Of a stretch of DNA of 64,000 bases, positions 20,288 through 29,994 are shown piece by piece (within the stretch, counting starts at the first letter, position 1; the number at the start of each line of letters is the position of its first letter). Both the position numbers and the translations under genes were made by a program. The notes under the pieces were generated by a model that saw nothing but the letters and a program-made list of their open reading frames with translations, did no database searches and had not been told where the DNA came from. The DNA is from Actinomycetota bacterium (GTDB lineage Bacteria > Actinomycetota > Thermoleophilia > Gaiellales > F1-60-MAGs149), in NCBI GenBank assembly GCA_009885805.1, contig VFJZ01000005.1:74999-138998 (forward strand), in the 5' to 3' direction.

Positions 20288-21065
20288 CGGCCGCCTGCAG
20301 GGCAAGGTCGCGATCGTGACGGGCGCGGCGAGCGGCATCGGCCGCGCGATCGCCGAGCGCTACGGCGCCGAGGGTGCGGCGGTCGTCGTCGCCGACCGAA
20401 ACGAGCCGGGAGCCGAGGCGGTCGCGGCGGGGATGGACGAGGCCCTCGGCGTCGCCTGCGACGTCGCCTCGCGGCCCGACTGCGACCGCCTTTTCAAGGC
20501 GACGCTCGCCCGCTTCGGTACCGTCGACGTGCTCGTCAACAACGCCGCGCTGACCGCAACGGAGCGTCACTTCCTCGAGGCCGACGACGACTGGTGGGAC
20601 TCGATCGTCGCGGTCAACCTGACGGGCGTCTACAACACGTCCGTGCGCGCCGCCCGGCTGATGGCCGCGAACCGCTCCGGCGTCATCATCAACCTGTCCT
20701 CCGGCGGCGCCTCGCGTGCCCACCGCGGCAACGCCGCCTACGACGCGGCCAAGGGCGGCGTCGAGGCGCTGACGCGCGCGCTCGCGCTCGACCTCGGCCC
20801 GTACGGCGTCCGCGTCTGCACCCTGATCCCCGGGTCGATCGACACGAAGGGACTGCCCGACGAGACCCGCCGCCAGCGCGGCGTCAACATCCCGCTGGGA
20901 CGCGTCGGCGAGCCGGACGAGCTCGCGGGACCGGCGGTGTTCCTCGCCTCCGACGACGCGCGCTACGTGACCGGCTCGACCGTGATGTCGGACGGCGGCA
21001 TGCTCGCCCAGCAGCGCTCCGCCACCGTCGACATCTTCGGGCTGGAGAAGTTCCCGGGCCTGTGA
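20280..21065 (+). CDS. Short-chain dehydrogenase/reductase
   Basis: TGAASGIG, NNAA, YDAAK. Confidence 0.93.
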   Translation: MPDGRLQGKVAIVTGAASGIGRAIAERYGAEGAAVVVADRNEPGAEAVAAGMDEALGVACDVASRPDCDRLFKATLARFGTVDVLVNNAALTATERHFLEADDDWWDSIVAVNLTGVYNTSVRAARLMAANRSGVIINLSSGGASRAHRGNAAYDAAKGGVEALTRALALDLGPYGVRVCTLIPGSIDTKGLPDETRRQRGVNIPLGRVGEPDELAGPAVFLASDDARYVTGSTVMSDGGMLAQQRSATVDIFGLEKFPGL

Positions 21066-23119
21066 GGCGCGCGGGCGCCGACATCGGCGGCACGTTCACC
21101 GATCTGATCCTCGTCGACGACGACACCGGCTCGTTCCGGGTCGCGAAGGCGCTGACGACGCCCGACGACCCGTCGCGCGCCGTCGAGGAGGTACTCACGA
21201 GCGCCGCCGCCGCCGCGGGCGTGTCCGTGTCCGCGATCGACCAGGTGATCCACGGCACGACGCTCGTCACCAACGCGATCATCGAACGCAAGGGCGCGAT
21301 GACCGTGCTCCTCGCGACGGCCGGCTTCCGCGACGCGATCGAGATCGGCCGCGAGGCGCGGTTCGAGCTGTACGACATCGACCTCGAGCTGCCCGAGCCG
21401 CTCGTGCCGCGCTACCTGCGCTTCGACGTGCCCGAGCGGACGCTCTCGGACGGAACAACGCTGCGCGAGTTGGACGTCGCGTACGTGGAACGACTCGCCG
21501 CGGAGCTCGCCGAGGCCGGCGTCGAGGCGGTCGCGATCGCCTTCCTGCACAGCTATCTGAACCCCGCGGCCGAGCGCGCAGCCCGGGAGGCGATCGCCCG
21601 CGTCGCGCCGGCGCTGCGCGTCTCGATCTCCTCGGAGGTGGTCGCGGAGCTGCGCGAGTACGAGCGAACGTCGACAACGATTGCCAACGTGTACGTTCAG
21701 GGTCGCACAGAGGAATACCTCCGCGGGCTGCAGGCCCGTCTCGCCCGGCTCGGCTTCACCGGCGCCTTCCGCCTGATGCTGTCGGCGGGAGGGATCGCGA
21801 CGCCGGAGACGGCGATGCGCTTCCCGGTGCGCCTGCTCGAGTCCGGCCCCGCCGCCGGCGCCCTCGCCGCCGCCCATCACGGCACGGCGGCCGGGATCGA
21901 CGACCTGCTCAGCTTCGACATGGGCGGCACGACCGCGAAGTTCGCCGTCATCGTCGACGGCGCGCCGCTCACCGCCGGCGAGTTCGAGGTCGACCGCCGT
22001 TACCGCTTCAAGCGGGGTTCCGGCCTGCCCGTCAAGGTCGAGGTGATCGAGATGATCGAGATCGGCTCCGGCGGCGGTTCGATCGCGCGGATCGACTCGC
22101 TCGGATTGCTCCGGGTCGGGCCCGACTCGGCGGGCGCCGCACCCGGCCCGGTCGCCTACGGCCTCGGCGGCAGCGAGCCGACGGTGACCGACGCCGACCT
22201 CGTCCTGGGCTACCTCGACCCGGACTGGTTTCTCGGCGGCCGGATGGCGCTCGATCTCGCCGCGGCGCGCGAGGCGATCCGCACGCGCATCGCGGAGCCC
22301 CTCGGTCTCTCCACCGAGGCTGCGGCCTGGGGCATCCACCAGGCGGTGAACGAGTCGATGGCGAACGCGGCCCGCGTCCACGTGCTGGAACGCGGGCGTG
22401 ATCCGCGCGGCCTGCCGGTGCTCGTCTTCGGCGGGGCCGGCCCGGTCCACGGGCACCGTGTCGCGAAGGCGCTCGGCGCGCCGGCGATGATCGCGCCGCT
22501 CGGCGCGGGCGTGCTGTCCACCGTCGGCTTCCTGGTCGCGCCGCTGGCGTTCGACTTCGTCCGCTCCTGGCCGGCCGCGCTCGCGGGGCTCGACTGGACG
22601 CGGGCGCGCGCCCTGCTCGCGGAGATGGAGGCCGAGGGCGCGGCCGTGCTCGCGACGTCCGGCGTCCCCGCGGCGGAGACCACGCACGTCCGCGAGGCGG
22701 ACATGCGCTACGCCGGGCAGGGACACGAGATCCGCGTGCCGTGGCCGGCCGGGGACGATCCGGCGGCGGTGCGGGAGGCGTTCGAGACCGAGTACCGGCG
22801 ATTGTACGGACGGCTCGGCCCGGACGGCGTCGCGCTCGAGATCGTCTCCTGGCGTGTGCGGTCGAGCGGGCCACGACCGTCGGTCAACCTCGTCGTCGTC
22901 GGCGAGGCGGGCGAGGCGCGCAAGGGCACCCGTGACGCCTGGCATCCGGAGCGCGGCGGGATGGCGCCGACGCCGGTCTTCGACCGCTACCGGCTCGCGC
23001 GCGGTGCGACGCTCGAGGGGCCGGCGATCGTCGAGGAGCGCGAGTCGACGGTCGTGGTCGGCCCGGACACCTCCGCCCGGGTCGACGAACGTTGGAACCT
23101 GATCGTCACGCCGCGCTGA
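21062..23119 (+). CDS. Hydantoinase/5-oxoprolinase A subunit
   Basis: DIGGTFTD, HGTTLVTN, ESGPAAG, DMGGTT, GPAIVEEREST. Confidence 0.93.
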   Translation: MRRAGADIGGTFTDLILVDDDTGSFRVAKALTTPDDPSRAVEEVLTSAAAAAGVSVSAIDQVIHGTTLVTNAIIERKGAMTVLLATAGFRDAIEIGREARFELYDIDLELPEPLVPRYLRFDVPERTLSDGTTLRELDVAYVERLAAELAEAGVEAVAIAFLHSYLNPAAERAAREAIARVAPALRVSISSEVVAELREYERTSTTIANVYVQGRTEEYLRGLQARLARLGFTGAFRLMLSAGGIATPETAMRFPVRLLESGPAAGALAAAHHGTAAGIDDLLSFDMGGTTAKFAVIVDGAPLTAGEFEVDRRYRFKRGSGLPVKVEVIEMIEIGSGGGSIARIDSLGLLRVGPDSAGAAPGPVAYGLGGSEPTVTDADLVLGYLDPDWFLGGRMALDLAAAREAIRTRIAEPLGLSTEAAAWGIHQAVNESMANAARVHVLERGRDPRGLPVLVFGGAGPVHGHRVAKALGAPAMIAPLGAGVLSTVGFLVAPLAFDFVRSWPAALAGLDWTRARALLAEMEAEGAAVLATSGVPAAETTHVREADMRYAGQGHEIRVPWPAGDDPAAVREAFETEYRRLYGRLGPDGVALEIVSWRVRSSGPRPSVNLVVVGEAGEARKGTRDAWHPERGGMAPTPVFDRYRLARGATLEGPAIVEERESTVVVGPDTSARVDERWNLIVTPR
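22991..23090 (+). repeat. Direct repeat copy 1 (3' part of hydantoinase A)
   Basis: Ungapped match to 23931-24030, 85/100 identical by manual count. Confidence 0.9.
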
Positions 23120-23434
23120 GCAGTTCGACCGCGCGGCGGATGCCGAGCGCGGCGGCGATCCTCACAACCCGCAGGGGCGCCCGCCTTGGAGCCTGAGCCT
23201 CGAGCGTCCCGGGTCATCCATGGCGCCCTTCCGGTGGTATCGTCCCGAACGGCTTCGTGGAAACGCTCGACGAACATCCGAGCGCGTCGGGTGGCACTGT
23301 CATTGCTGCGACTGCGGGTGGCCATCGATGACGCCGCGTCGGATGTGCAGCGCGATCAAGTCGCGGCGCTCCTACGACGAGGCCGCTCCGCTGATCCTCG
23401 AGCGTGTCGCCGACCGCGCGGCTCAAGGAGTGGC

Positions 23435-23674
23435 GTGAGCCCGACCGTCTTCCGTGAAGGCCCGTTCCGGTTCTTCTTCTTCTTGCGTGAGGAGTCGCGA
23501 CTGCACATTCACGTTTCCTCGGCAGACGGCGAGGCCAAGTTCTGGCTCGAGCCCACGATCGAGGTTGCGCGCAGTCACGGGCTCACCGCCCTCGACCTGC
23601 GACGCGCGACGGAAGCAATCGAACGACACGAGGAGAAGATCCGGGATGCCTGGACCAGTCACTTCGGCACCTGA
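23435..23674 (+). CDS. DUF4160 family protein (putative TA partner)
   Basis: SPTVFREGPFRFFFF...LHIHV...EAKFWL...IRDAWTSHFG; SD AAGGAG. Confidence 0.85.
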   Translation: MSPTVFREGPFRFFFFLREESRLHIHVSSADGEAKFWLEPTIEVARSHGLTALDLRRATEAIERHEEKIRDAWTSHFGT

Positions 23675-23897
23675 GGTAACTAACATCTCGCTGCATGGCT
23701 TCTGGCTGTTCATCGACGAACGTGAACTCTTCCTGCCCTTCGATAACTTCCCGTGGTTCAGGCGCGCCGCAATCGACGCGATCCTGCGCGTTGAGCGGCC
23801 GCATCCCGACCACCTCCGTTGGCCGGATCTCGATGTTGACCTGACAATCGATTCTCTCGAGCACCCCGGGGACTACCCCCTTGTGGCGAAAATCTGA
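23646..23897 (+). CDS. DUF2442 family protein (putative TA partner)
   Basis: EVTNISLHGFWL...LPFDNFPWF...HLRWPDLDVDL. Confidence 0.85.
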   Translation: MPGPVTSAPEVTNISLHGFWLFIDERELFLPFDNFPWFRRAAIDAILRVERPHPDHLRWPDLDVDLTIDSLEHPGDYPLVAKI

Positions 23898-23930
23898 GAC
23901 GAGAAGTCCCGCACGAGTCATCCAAAGCCT

Positions 23931-24030
23931 CGGCTCGCGCCCGGCGCGACGGTCGGGGGCTCGGCGATCGTGGAGGAACGCGAGTCGACAGTCGCGGTCG
24001 GCCCTGACACCTCGGCGCTGGTCGACGAGC
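23931..24030 (+). repeat. Direct repeat copy 2 (orphan hydantoinase A tail)
   Basis: Encodes RLAPGATVGGSAIVEERESTVAVGPDTSALVDE, matching the hydantoinase A C-terminus. Confidence 0.9.
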
Positions 24031-24362
24031 ACGAGCGGGCAGTCGAGGTCCTCAGCGAGGGCGACATAGGCCGCGGCGTAGGCGGTCAGGTTGTTGCGGA
24101 GCGCCCAGACGCGCGAGGCGCGCGGCGTCACTGGAAAGCGGCGAATGCGAGCGCGCCGAAGATCCTCGATCGCGAATTCGGCGCGCGACCGGTCGAGTTG
24201 CCCACCGCGGACCTGCTCGCGAAGCAGATTCAGTACCTCGTAGTCGATGAGGTCGGGAGCGGTGATCGATCTGGCGCGCCGAACGCGCACCCACACGCCG
24301 TCGCCGTAGGGCCCGTCGTCGGCGAGCACGGGGCCGAGCACCGAGGCGTCGATGACGATCAC
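24031..24362 (-). pseudogene. vapC: VapC PIN-domain toxin, C-terminally disrupted
   Basis: VIVIDASV...APDLIDYEV...NLTAYAAAYVALAEDLDCPLV, then runs into the repeat; the usual YDA Asp and terminal TxD motif are missing. Confidence 0.75.
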
Positions 24363-24595
24363 CGGGACGGATCGTCGCGGTCGGCGCGAATGAGACGCAC
24401 CGCGTCCTCGCCGGAGAGCGATCCGCCGCGCCTCGTCTCGATACGCGCGAGCCACTCCGCGACCGTCGGCTGCGTCGCCCGCTCCTCGAGGTGGAGGCGG
24501 AGCAGTTCCTGAAGGCTCTGCCCGTTGGCCGCCGCGCGCACCCGGAGCCGGCGCGCGGCATCCTCGGAGACGTTTCGTACCTGGAGTGTCGCCAT
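24359..24595 (-). CDS. FitA/VapB-like ribbon-helix-helix antitoxin
   Basis: MATLQVRNVSEDAARRLRVRAAANGQSLQELLR; GTGA overlap with the PIN gene. Confidence 0.88.
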   Translation of the reverse strand: MATLQVRNVSEDAARRLRVRAAANGQSLQELLRLHLEERATQPTVAEWLARIETRRGGSLSGEDAVRLIRADRDDPSR

Positions 24596-24650
24596 GCATG
24601 CAATCGAGCGCTGTTCGCGCGTCTTTGCAACCATGGCATCATCCCGCCCG

Positions 24651-26411
24651 ATGGACGTCCTGCGCCTCGAGATGCTCTGGAACCGGCTGCTGTCCGTCGT
24701 CGACGAGCAGCAGGTGACGCTGATGCGAACGGCGTTCTCGACGGTCGTGCGCGAGTCGCAGGACCTCGCCTGCGGCGTCTTCGACCGGCGCGGGAACATG
24801 ATGGCCCAGTCGATGACCGGCACGCCCGGCCACATCAACACGATGGCGACCGGCATGCGCCACTTCCTCGCGGCGCACCCGCCGGACACGCTCGACGAGG
24901 GCGACGTCCTGATCACCAACGACCCCTGGCAGACCGCCGGACAGATCAACGACATGACGGTCGTCACACCGGTCTTCCACCGCGGCCGCGTGGTCGCCTT
25001 CTTCGCCTCGTGCTGCCACTCGCCGGACGTCGGCGGGCGCGTCTACGGCGGCGCCGCGAACGAGATCTACGAGGAGGGCATCCGGATCCCGATCATGCAC
25101 CTCGTTCGGCGCGGCGAGCCGAACGCGACGCTGGTCGCGATGATCCGCGCGAACGTCCGCGTGCCGGCGGAGACGATCGGCGACCTGTGGGCGCAGATGG
25201 CCTGCAACGACGTCGGCGGGCGCGACCTCGTGCGCTTCCTGGAGGAGTTCGACCTCACCGACTGCGAGGAGCTGTCCGACGAGATCCTGCGCCGCACCGA
25301 GGCTGCGCTGCGCGCCGCGATCCGGGCGTTGCCCGACGGCACGTACCGCAACGAGGCCTGGTCGGACGGGTTCGGCGGCGAGCCGGTGCACATCGTCGTC
25401 GCCGTCACGATCGACGGCGACGCCGTGCAGATCGACTACGCCGGCTCGTCGCCGCAGAGCCCGTCCGGCATCAATGTCGTCCTCAACTACACGCAGGCGT
25501 ACTCGTCGTTCGCGATCAAGGCGGCTCTGAACCCGGAGGTGCCCCACAACGAGGGCGCGTTCCGGCCGGTGACGACGACGGCGCCAGCGGGGTCGATCCT
25601 CAACTGCCTCGAACCGGCCGCGGTCGCCGCCCGGCACCTCGTCGGGCACCTGTTGCCATGCACCATCTTCGGTGCGCTCGCGAAGGCGATGCCGGGGCGG
25701 CTGATGGCCGGTGGCGCCGAGGCGAGCTGGCTGACCGTGTGGCGCGGCACCTGGCCCGGCCGCGACGACCTGTTCACGTTCACGCTCTTCCAGTCGGGCG
25801 GTGCCGGCGCCCGGGCAGCGAAGGACGGCCTGCAGACGAACGGCTTCCCGAGCGGTGTCGCCGGCGTCCCGGCCGAGGTGTACGAGACGCGGACGCCGCT
25901 CGTGATGCACCGCAAGGAACTGCTGATGGATTCGGGCGGGGCGGGGCGCTGGCGCGGCGGCCTCGCGATGCAGACCGAGTCGAGCTACCGCGGCGATGGA
26001 CACTGGGGCGTGTCGACCCTGGTCGAACGGACGCGGTTCGCCGGCCAGGGGATCGACGGCGGCCGGCCGGGCGCGCTCGGGGAGTACGTGCTCGGCGACG
26101 GTGAGCATCCGCCCGCCAAGACGATGGTTCGGTTGGCTAATGACGCGCACGTGCATCTGCGACTACCCGGCGGCGCCGGCTACGGCGACCCGCAGCTTCG
26201 CCCGCCAGCCGACGTCCTGCGCGACGTCGTGCACGGCTACGTGTCGCTCGACGCTGCTGCCGCCGAGTACGGTGTCGTGATCAGGTACGGCGGCGGCGAT
26301 CGCCTCGTTCGGCTACCGCACCACTACGCCGTCGACGAGACGGCGACCGCCCTGTTGCGGAACGAGACTCACGGGACCCGCACATCGACGCCCGTCGCCG
26401 ACGCGACGTAG
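24651..26411 (+). CDS. Hydantoinase/5-oxoprolinase B subunit
   Basis: RTAFSTVVRESQD, ITNDPW, HSPDVGG, EEGIRIP, DSGGAGRWRGG, PGGAGYGDP. Confidence 0.93.
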   Translation: MDVLRLEMLWNRLLSVVDEQQVTLMRTAFSTVVRESQDLACGVFDRRGNMMAQSMTGTPGHINTMATGMRHFLAAHPPDTLDEGDVLITNDPWQTAGQINDMTVVTPVFHRGRVVAFFASCCHSPDVGGRVYGGAANEIYEEGIRIPIMHLVRRGEPNATLVAMIRANVRVPAETIGDLWAQMACNDVGGRDLVRFLEEFDLTDCEELSDEILRRTEAALRAAIRALPDGTYRNEAWSDGFGGEPVHIVVAVTIDGDAVQIDYAGSSPQSPSGINVVLNYTQAYSSFAIKAALNPEVPHNEGAFRPVTTTAPAGSILNCLEPAAVAARHLVGHLLPCTIFGALAKAMPGRLMAGGAEASWLTVWRGTWPGRDDLFTFTLFQSGGAGARAAKDGLQTNGFPSGVAGVPAEVYETRTPLVMHRKELLMDSGGAGRWRGGLAMQTESSYRGDGHWGVSTLVERTRFAGQGIDGGRPGALGEYVLGDGEHPPAKTMVRLANDAHVHLRLPGGAGYGDPQLRPPADVLRDVVHGYVSLDAAAAEYGVVIRYGGGDRLVRLPHHYAVDETATALLRNETHGTRTSTPVADAT

Positions 26412-27040
26412 GCGACGGCGGCCATGCCGACGAACAGGCCGTGACCGGCGACGCCCGGGATCGCCGAGATCGCGGTCGCCAGGGCGTCGGGATCCTCGAT
26501 CGGGTCGAAGCGGCAGTCGAGGATGACGTTCCCCTCATCCGTCGTGAACCCGTCCCGCCGGGTCGAGTCACCGCCCAACGCTGCGAGCAGGCGAGCGCAG
26601 ACCGGTTCGGCGAAGCGGATCACCTCGACGGGTAGCGGCGCTCGCTCTCCGAGCCGGCCAACGCACTTCGACTCATCGACGACGACGACGAACCGGTCCG
26701 CCGCGACCGCCACAACCTTCTCCCGCAGCAGCGCGCCACCGAGTCCCTTCGTCAGGGCGAGGCCCGGCCCGATCTCGTCCGCGCCGTCGAGGCAGACGGC
26801 GAGGCGCGGGCGCTCGGCGAGGGTCGCGAGCGGGATGCCGTGCGTGCGCGCGAGCACCGCCGTCGCCTCGGAGGTCGGGACGCCGACGACATCGCGGAGC
26901 CGGCCGTCGCGCAGGCGCTCGCCGATCGCGATCACGACGAACGCCGCCGTCGACCCCGAACCGAGGCCCACCGTCATGCCGCTCCGCACCTCGGCAGCCA
27001 CGGCCGCCTCGGCGGCACTGCGCTTCGCCGCTCCACTCAT
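26369..27040 (-). CDS. rpiA: Ribose-5-phosphate isomerase A
   Basis: GLGSGST, DGADE, KGLGGALLREK, TDEGNVILD. Confidence 0.95.
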   Translation of the reverse strand: MSGAAKRSAAEAAVAAEVRSGMTVGLGSGSTAAFVVIAIGERLRDGRLRDVVGVPTSEATAVLARTHGIPLATLAERPRLAVCLDGADEIGPGLALTKGLGGALLREKVVAVAADRFVVVVDESKCVGRLGERAPLPVEVIRFAEPVCARLLAALGGDSTRRDGFTTDEGNVILDCRFDPIEDPDALATAISAIPGVAGHGLFVGMAAVAYVASATGVDVRVP

Positions 27041-28068
27041 GGCCGGTAGCCGGCTGCGAAGTGACGCGCCGTTCGCGGCGTCGGACCGGCGCCGATGCGC
27101 GCGAAGCGGAGCGCCGCCTCCTCCGCCCCGGCCGGAACCTGGCCGAACCGAGCACGAACGAGGTCGAGGACGATCTCGAGGTACCACTGCTCGCCGCGCA
27201 CGTCGAAGCGGACGCGACGGCCGAACCGGTTCGCCAGCGCCACCTTCTCACCGCGCGCCTCCTCCGGATCGATCTCGTCGGCCCGCTCGGTGTGGGTCTG
27301 GTGCGTCATGTTGAGACGGTTCGAGGTGGCCCACACCAGCACGTTGCGCGGCCGACCGACGACGCCGCCTTCGAGCGCCGCCCGCAGCGCCCGATCGGCC
27401 CGACCGGCGTCGTCGAAGACGAGGTCGTCGAGATACAGCAGACACCAGGGCGCATCGCCGTCGACGGCCGTGAACACGGCGTCGAGATGTTCCAGTTCGT
27501 CGTGCGCGACCTGGATCAGGCGCAGGCCACGGTCGGCGTACGCCGACGCGCACGCCCGCACGGTCGCGGACTTCCCCGTTCCCGGCGGCCCGTACAGCAG
27601 GGCATCATTCGCCGGCTCGCCACGCGTGAAGGCATCGAGATCGGCGAGCAGGTCGGCGCGCAACTCTGGCCGGCCGACGAGATCGTCGAGCGTGATCGGA
27701 TCGGGCTTCTCGACGCCGTGCAGGCCCCGCGCGTCCGCGACCAGCACGCGGTGGACGGCGAGCGGCCCGAGCCCCTCCCGCCGGTACCAGTCCGCGAGCG
27801 CAACCGCGTCGACAGCAAGGCCGGGGACGGCGGCGGCGAGCCGGCCGAGCTCGGCGTCGGCCCGGTCGAGGCGCCCGCGATCGGCGAGGCCGGCCCGTGC
27901 GGCTCGTGCGAACGGTCCGGACGACGCCCGCAGCCGCTGCGACACGGCGCCCGCCAGGTCTCCAGGCGCCGCGAACAGCTCCCGCTCGACGCCGACCGCG
28001 TCGCCGGCGAGGACTGCGGCGACCAGCGGCTCGTCGGCGAGATCGGCGAACGCGACGAGCTCGATCAC
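27037..28068 (-). CDS. DUF815 family AAA+ ATPase
   Basis: ANDALLYGPPGTGKS, LYLDDL, ATSNR, EKVALANRFG. Confidence 0.85.
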   Translation of the reverse strand: MIELVAFADLADEPLVAAVLAGDAVGVERELFAAPGDLAGAVSQRLRASSGPFARAARAGLADRGRLDRADAELGRLAAAVPGLAVDAVALADWYRREGLGPLAVHRVLVADARGLHGVEKPDPITLDDLVGRPELRADLLADLDAFTRGEPANDALLYGPPGTGKSATVRACASAYADRGLRLIQVAHDELEHLDAVFTAVDGDAPWCLLYLDDLVFDDAGRADRALRAALEGGVVGRPRNVLVWATSNRLNMTHQTHTERADEIDPEEARGEKVALANRFGRRVRFDVRGEQWYLEIVLDLVRARFGQVPAGAEEAALRFARIGAGPTPRTARHFAAGYRP

Positions 28069-29048
28069 GATCGCTCGGGCCGCGCCGGACGACCGCTGCG
28101 CCGCAGCGCCAGGCCGGACAGCGTCTCGTAGACGACGCGGTGGCCGGCCATCGCCGTGATGTTGGCGTGGTCGTACGGTGGCGAGACCTCGACCAGATCC
28201 ATCGCGCAAAGGTCGACCTCCGAGGCGATCGCGCGCGCCGCAAAGAGCAGCTCGCGCGTCATCAGACCGCCGGGCTCGGCCGTCCCCGTCCCGGGCGCGA
28301 ACGCCGGGTCGAGGACGTCGATGTCGATCGTCAGATAGGTGCGCGGTGCCCGCGCCCGGGCGAACTCGATCGCCTCGCGCACGACGGCGCCGATGCCAAG
28401 TTCGACGACCTCGCTCATCGTCCGCCAGCGGAAGCCCTGCTCACGCATCCAGTCGAACTCGTGCGGATAGGGCCAGTTCCCGCGCAGGCCGATCTGCATG
28501 ATGTTCGAGCCGAGCAGGAATCCCTCCTTGACGCCGGTCGAGAAGGGAATCGCGTGCGGCGTCGTGTCGTCGAGACCGGTGTCGGCGTGCGTATCGAAAT
28601 GGATGACGGAGTAGCCGTCAGCGCCATGACGGTCGGCGATCGCCTGCATCACGGGGGTCGACAGCGAGTGGTCGCCGCCGAGGACGATTGCGACGGCGTC
28701 GGCAGCCAGCACCTCGGACACCCGTGCGCGGAGCGCCGCGTGCGACTGCTGAAGGAACGCCGGCGCGACGTCGACGTCGCCGGCGTCGACCACGCGCAGC
28801 GCCGTGAACGGGTCGATGCCGAGCTCCATGTTCGGCCGGCCGGCGGGCGCCCCGACGTCCTCGGCCTGGCGGATCGCGCGCGGGCCGAAGCGCGTGCCCG
28901 GGCGGAAGGACACGCCCTCGTCGAACGGCGCTCCGACGATGACGACGTCGGCGTCGGCGAACTCGGCCGGATCGATCGCGAACGGCACGCGGCCGTACGT
29001 CAGGCCAACGCCTGCGTACCCTGCCTCGTAGGGGCGGTTCGGCTGCAT
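28065..29048 (-). CDS. Agmatinase / ureohydrolase
   Basis: GTRFGP, GGDHS, HFDTHAD, DIDVLDPAFAPGTGT, EVSP. Confidence 0.92.
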   Translation of the reverse strand: MQPNRPYEAGYAGVGLTYGRVPFAIDPAEFADADVVIVGAPFDEGVSFRPGTRFGPRAIRQAEDVGAPAGRPNMELGIDPFTALRVVDAGDVDVAPAFLQQSHAALRARVSEVLAADAVAIVLGGDHSLSTPVMQAIADRHGADGYSVIHFDTHADTGLDDTTPHAIPFSTGVKEGFLLGSNIMQIGLRGNWPYPHEFDWMREQGFRWRTMSEVVELGIGAVVREAIEFARARAPRTYLTIDIDVLDPAFAPGTGTAEPGGLMTRELLFAARAIASEVDLCAMDLVEVSPPYDHANITAMAGHRVVYETLSGLALRRSGRPARPERS

Positions 29049-29058
29049 GGCGCGGATG

Positions 29059-29502
29059 CTACAGGCGCCGTACGTACAGGGTGGCCGGGTTGTCCGGTCC
29101 CCAGATCGCCAGCTCCTGCAGCGGCTCGAACCCGCAGGCGACGTAGAAGGCGCGCGTCGCGTCGTAGGGGGCGTAGTCCGCCGTGACCGACAGGGTCTTC
29201 ACCGTCAGCCACCGCTCGGCCGGGCTCGACGCGACCAGGGCCTCGATCAGCGCCCTCCCGACGCCCCGTCCGCGCTCTTCGGCCGCCACCGCCAGCCAGG
29301 TGATCTCGACCGACCCGGGATGGTGCCGCTTCCACGTGAGGAACCCGATCACGACGCCCTCATCGACGTAGATCAGGCCGCACTGGGCGCGGACGGCCTC
29401 GGCGCACTCGCGGATGCCCTCGTCGTTGGCGAACCAGAGCGGCAGCGTCAGCACGATCGCATCGCACCGACCCGCATCGTCCGGGGCCAGCGGCCGGATC
29501 AC
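29059..29502 (-). CDS. GNAT acetyltransferase
   Basis: ERGRGVGRAL, VKTL, TRAFYVACGF. Confidence 0.88.
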   Translation of the reverse strand: MIRPLAPDDAGRCDAIVLTLPLWFANDEGIRECAEAVRAQCGLIYVDEGVVIGFLTWKRHHPGSVEITWLAVAAEERGRGVGRALIEALVASSPAERWLTVKTLSVTADYAPYDATRAFYVACGFEPLQELAIWGPDNPATLYVRRL

Positions 29503-29942
29503 TCCTCCGAGATCTGCCAATCCACCAGCACCGGAGCGGTCGAGGTGGCAGAGATGAAGCAGTCACGCTCCGCCTTCGGCGTCAGGGCGTTCGCGGCCTC
29601 TGCCTGACCGCCCGCAACCAGCACCCGTGGGGTCAGTCGCAGCTCGACGAAGGCGTAACGGCCATCGCGCTCCCGGCGCGTGATCGTGCCCGACACGTCG
29701 GCCTCGTAGGAGCGCACGTCGATCTCCGCCTTCGTCGCATGGGCGAGGAATGACAGCAAGGTGCACGAGGACAGCGACGCCAGGAACAGGTGCTCGGGGC
29801 TCCACTGGCTCGCGTCGCCGCCCGGGAAGCCCGCCGGTGGCGCCATCGCCAGTACCGGTCGCTCGCCGGCCGTCGCGATCGCCGCGCGGCCGCCGGCCCA
29901 CGTCAGGCCGACGTCGTACCCGAACGTCTTCGCCACCCGCAT
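29499..29942 (-). CDS. OsmC/Ohr family protein
   Basis: WSPEHLFLASLSSC...AERDCFIS two-Cys pattern. Confidence 0.88.
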   Translation of the reverse strand: MRVAKTFGYDVGLTWAGGRAAIATAGERPVLAMAPPAGFPGGDASQWSPEHLFLASLSSCTLLSFLAHATKAEIDVRSYEADVSGTITRRERDGRYAFVELRLTPRVLVAGGQAEAANALTPKAERDCFISATSTAPVLVDWQISEE

Positions 29943-29994
29943 CGTGATGATCGTAGCGGCAGGGGACGGGCCGCCACCGGAGAACCAGGTTGGC

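Noticed and set aside
23120..23434. Short ORFs between hydantoinase A and DUF4160
   Set aside because: No convincing start, codon bias or motif; probably remnant DNA.
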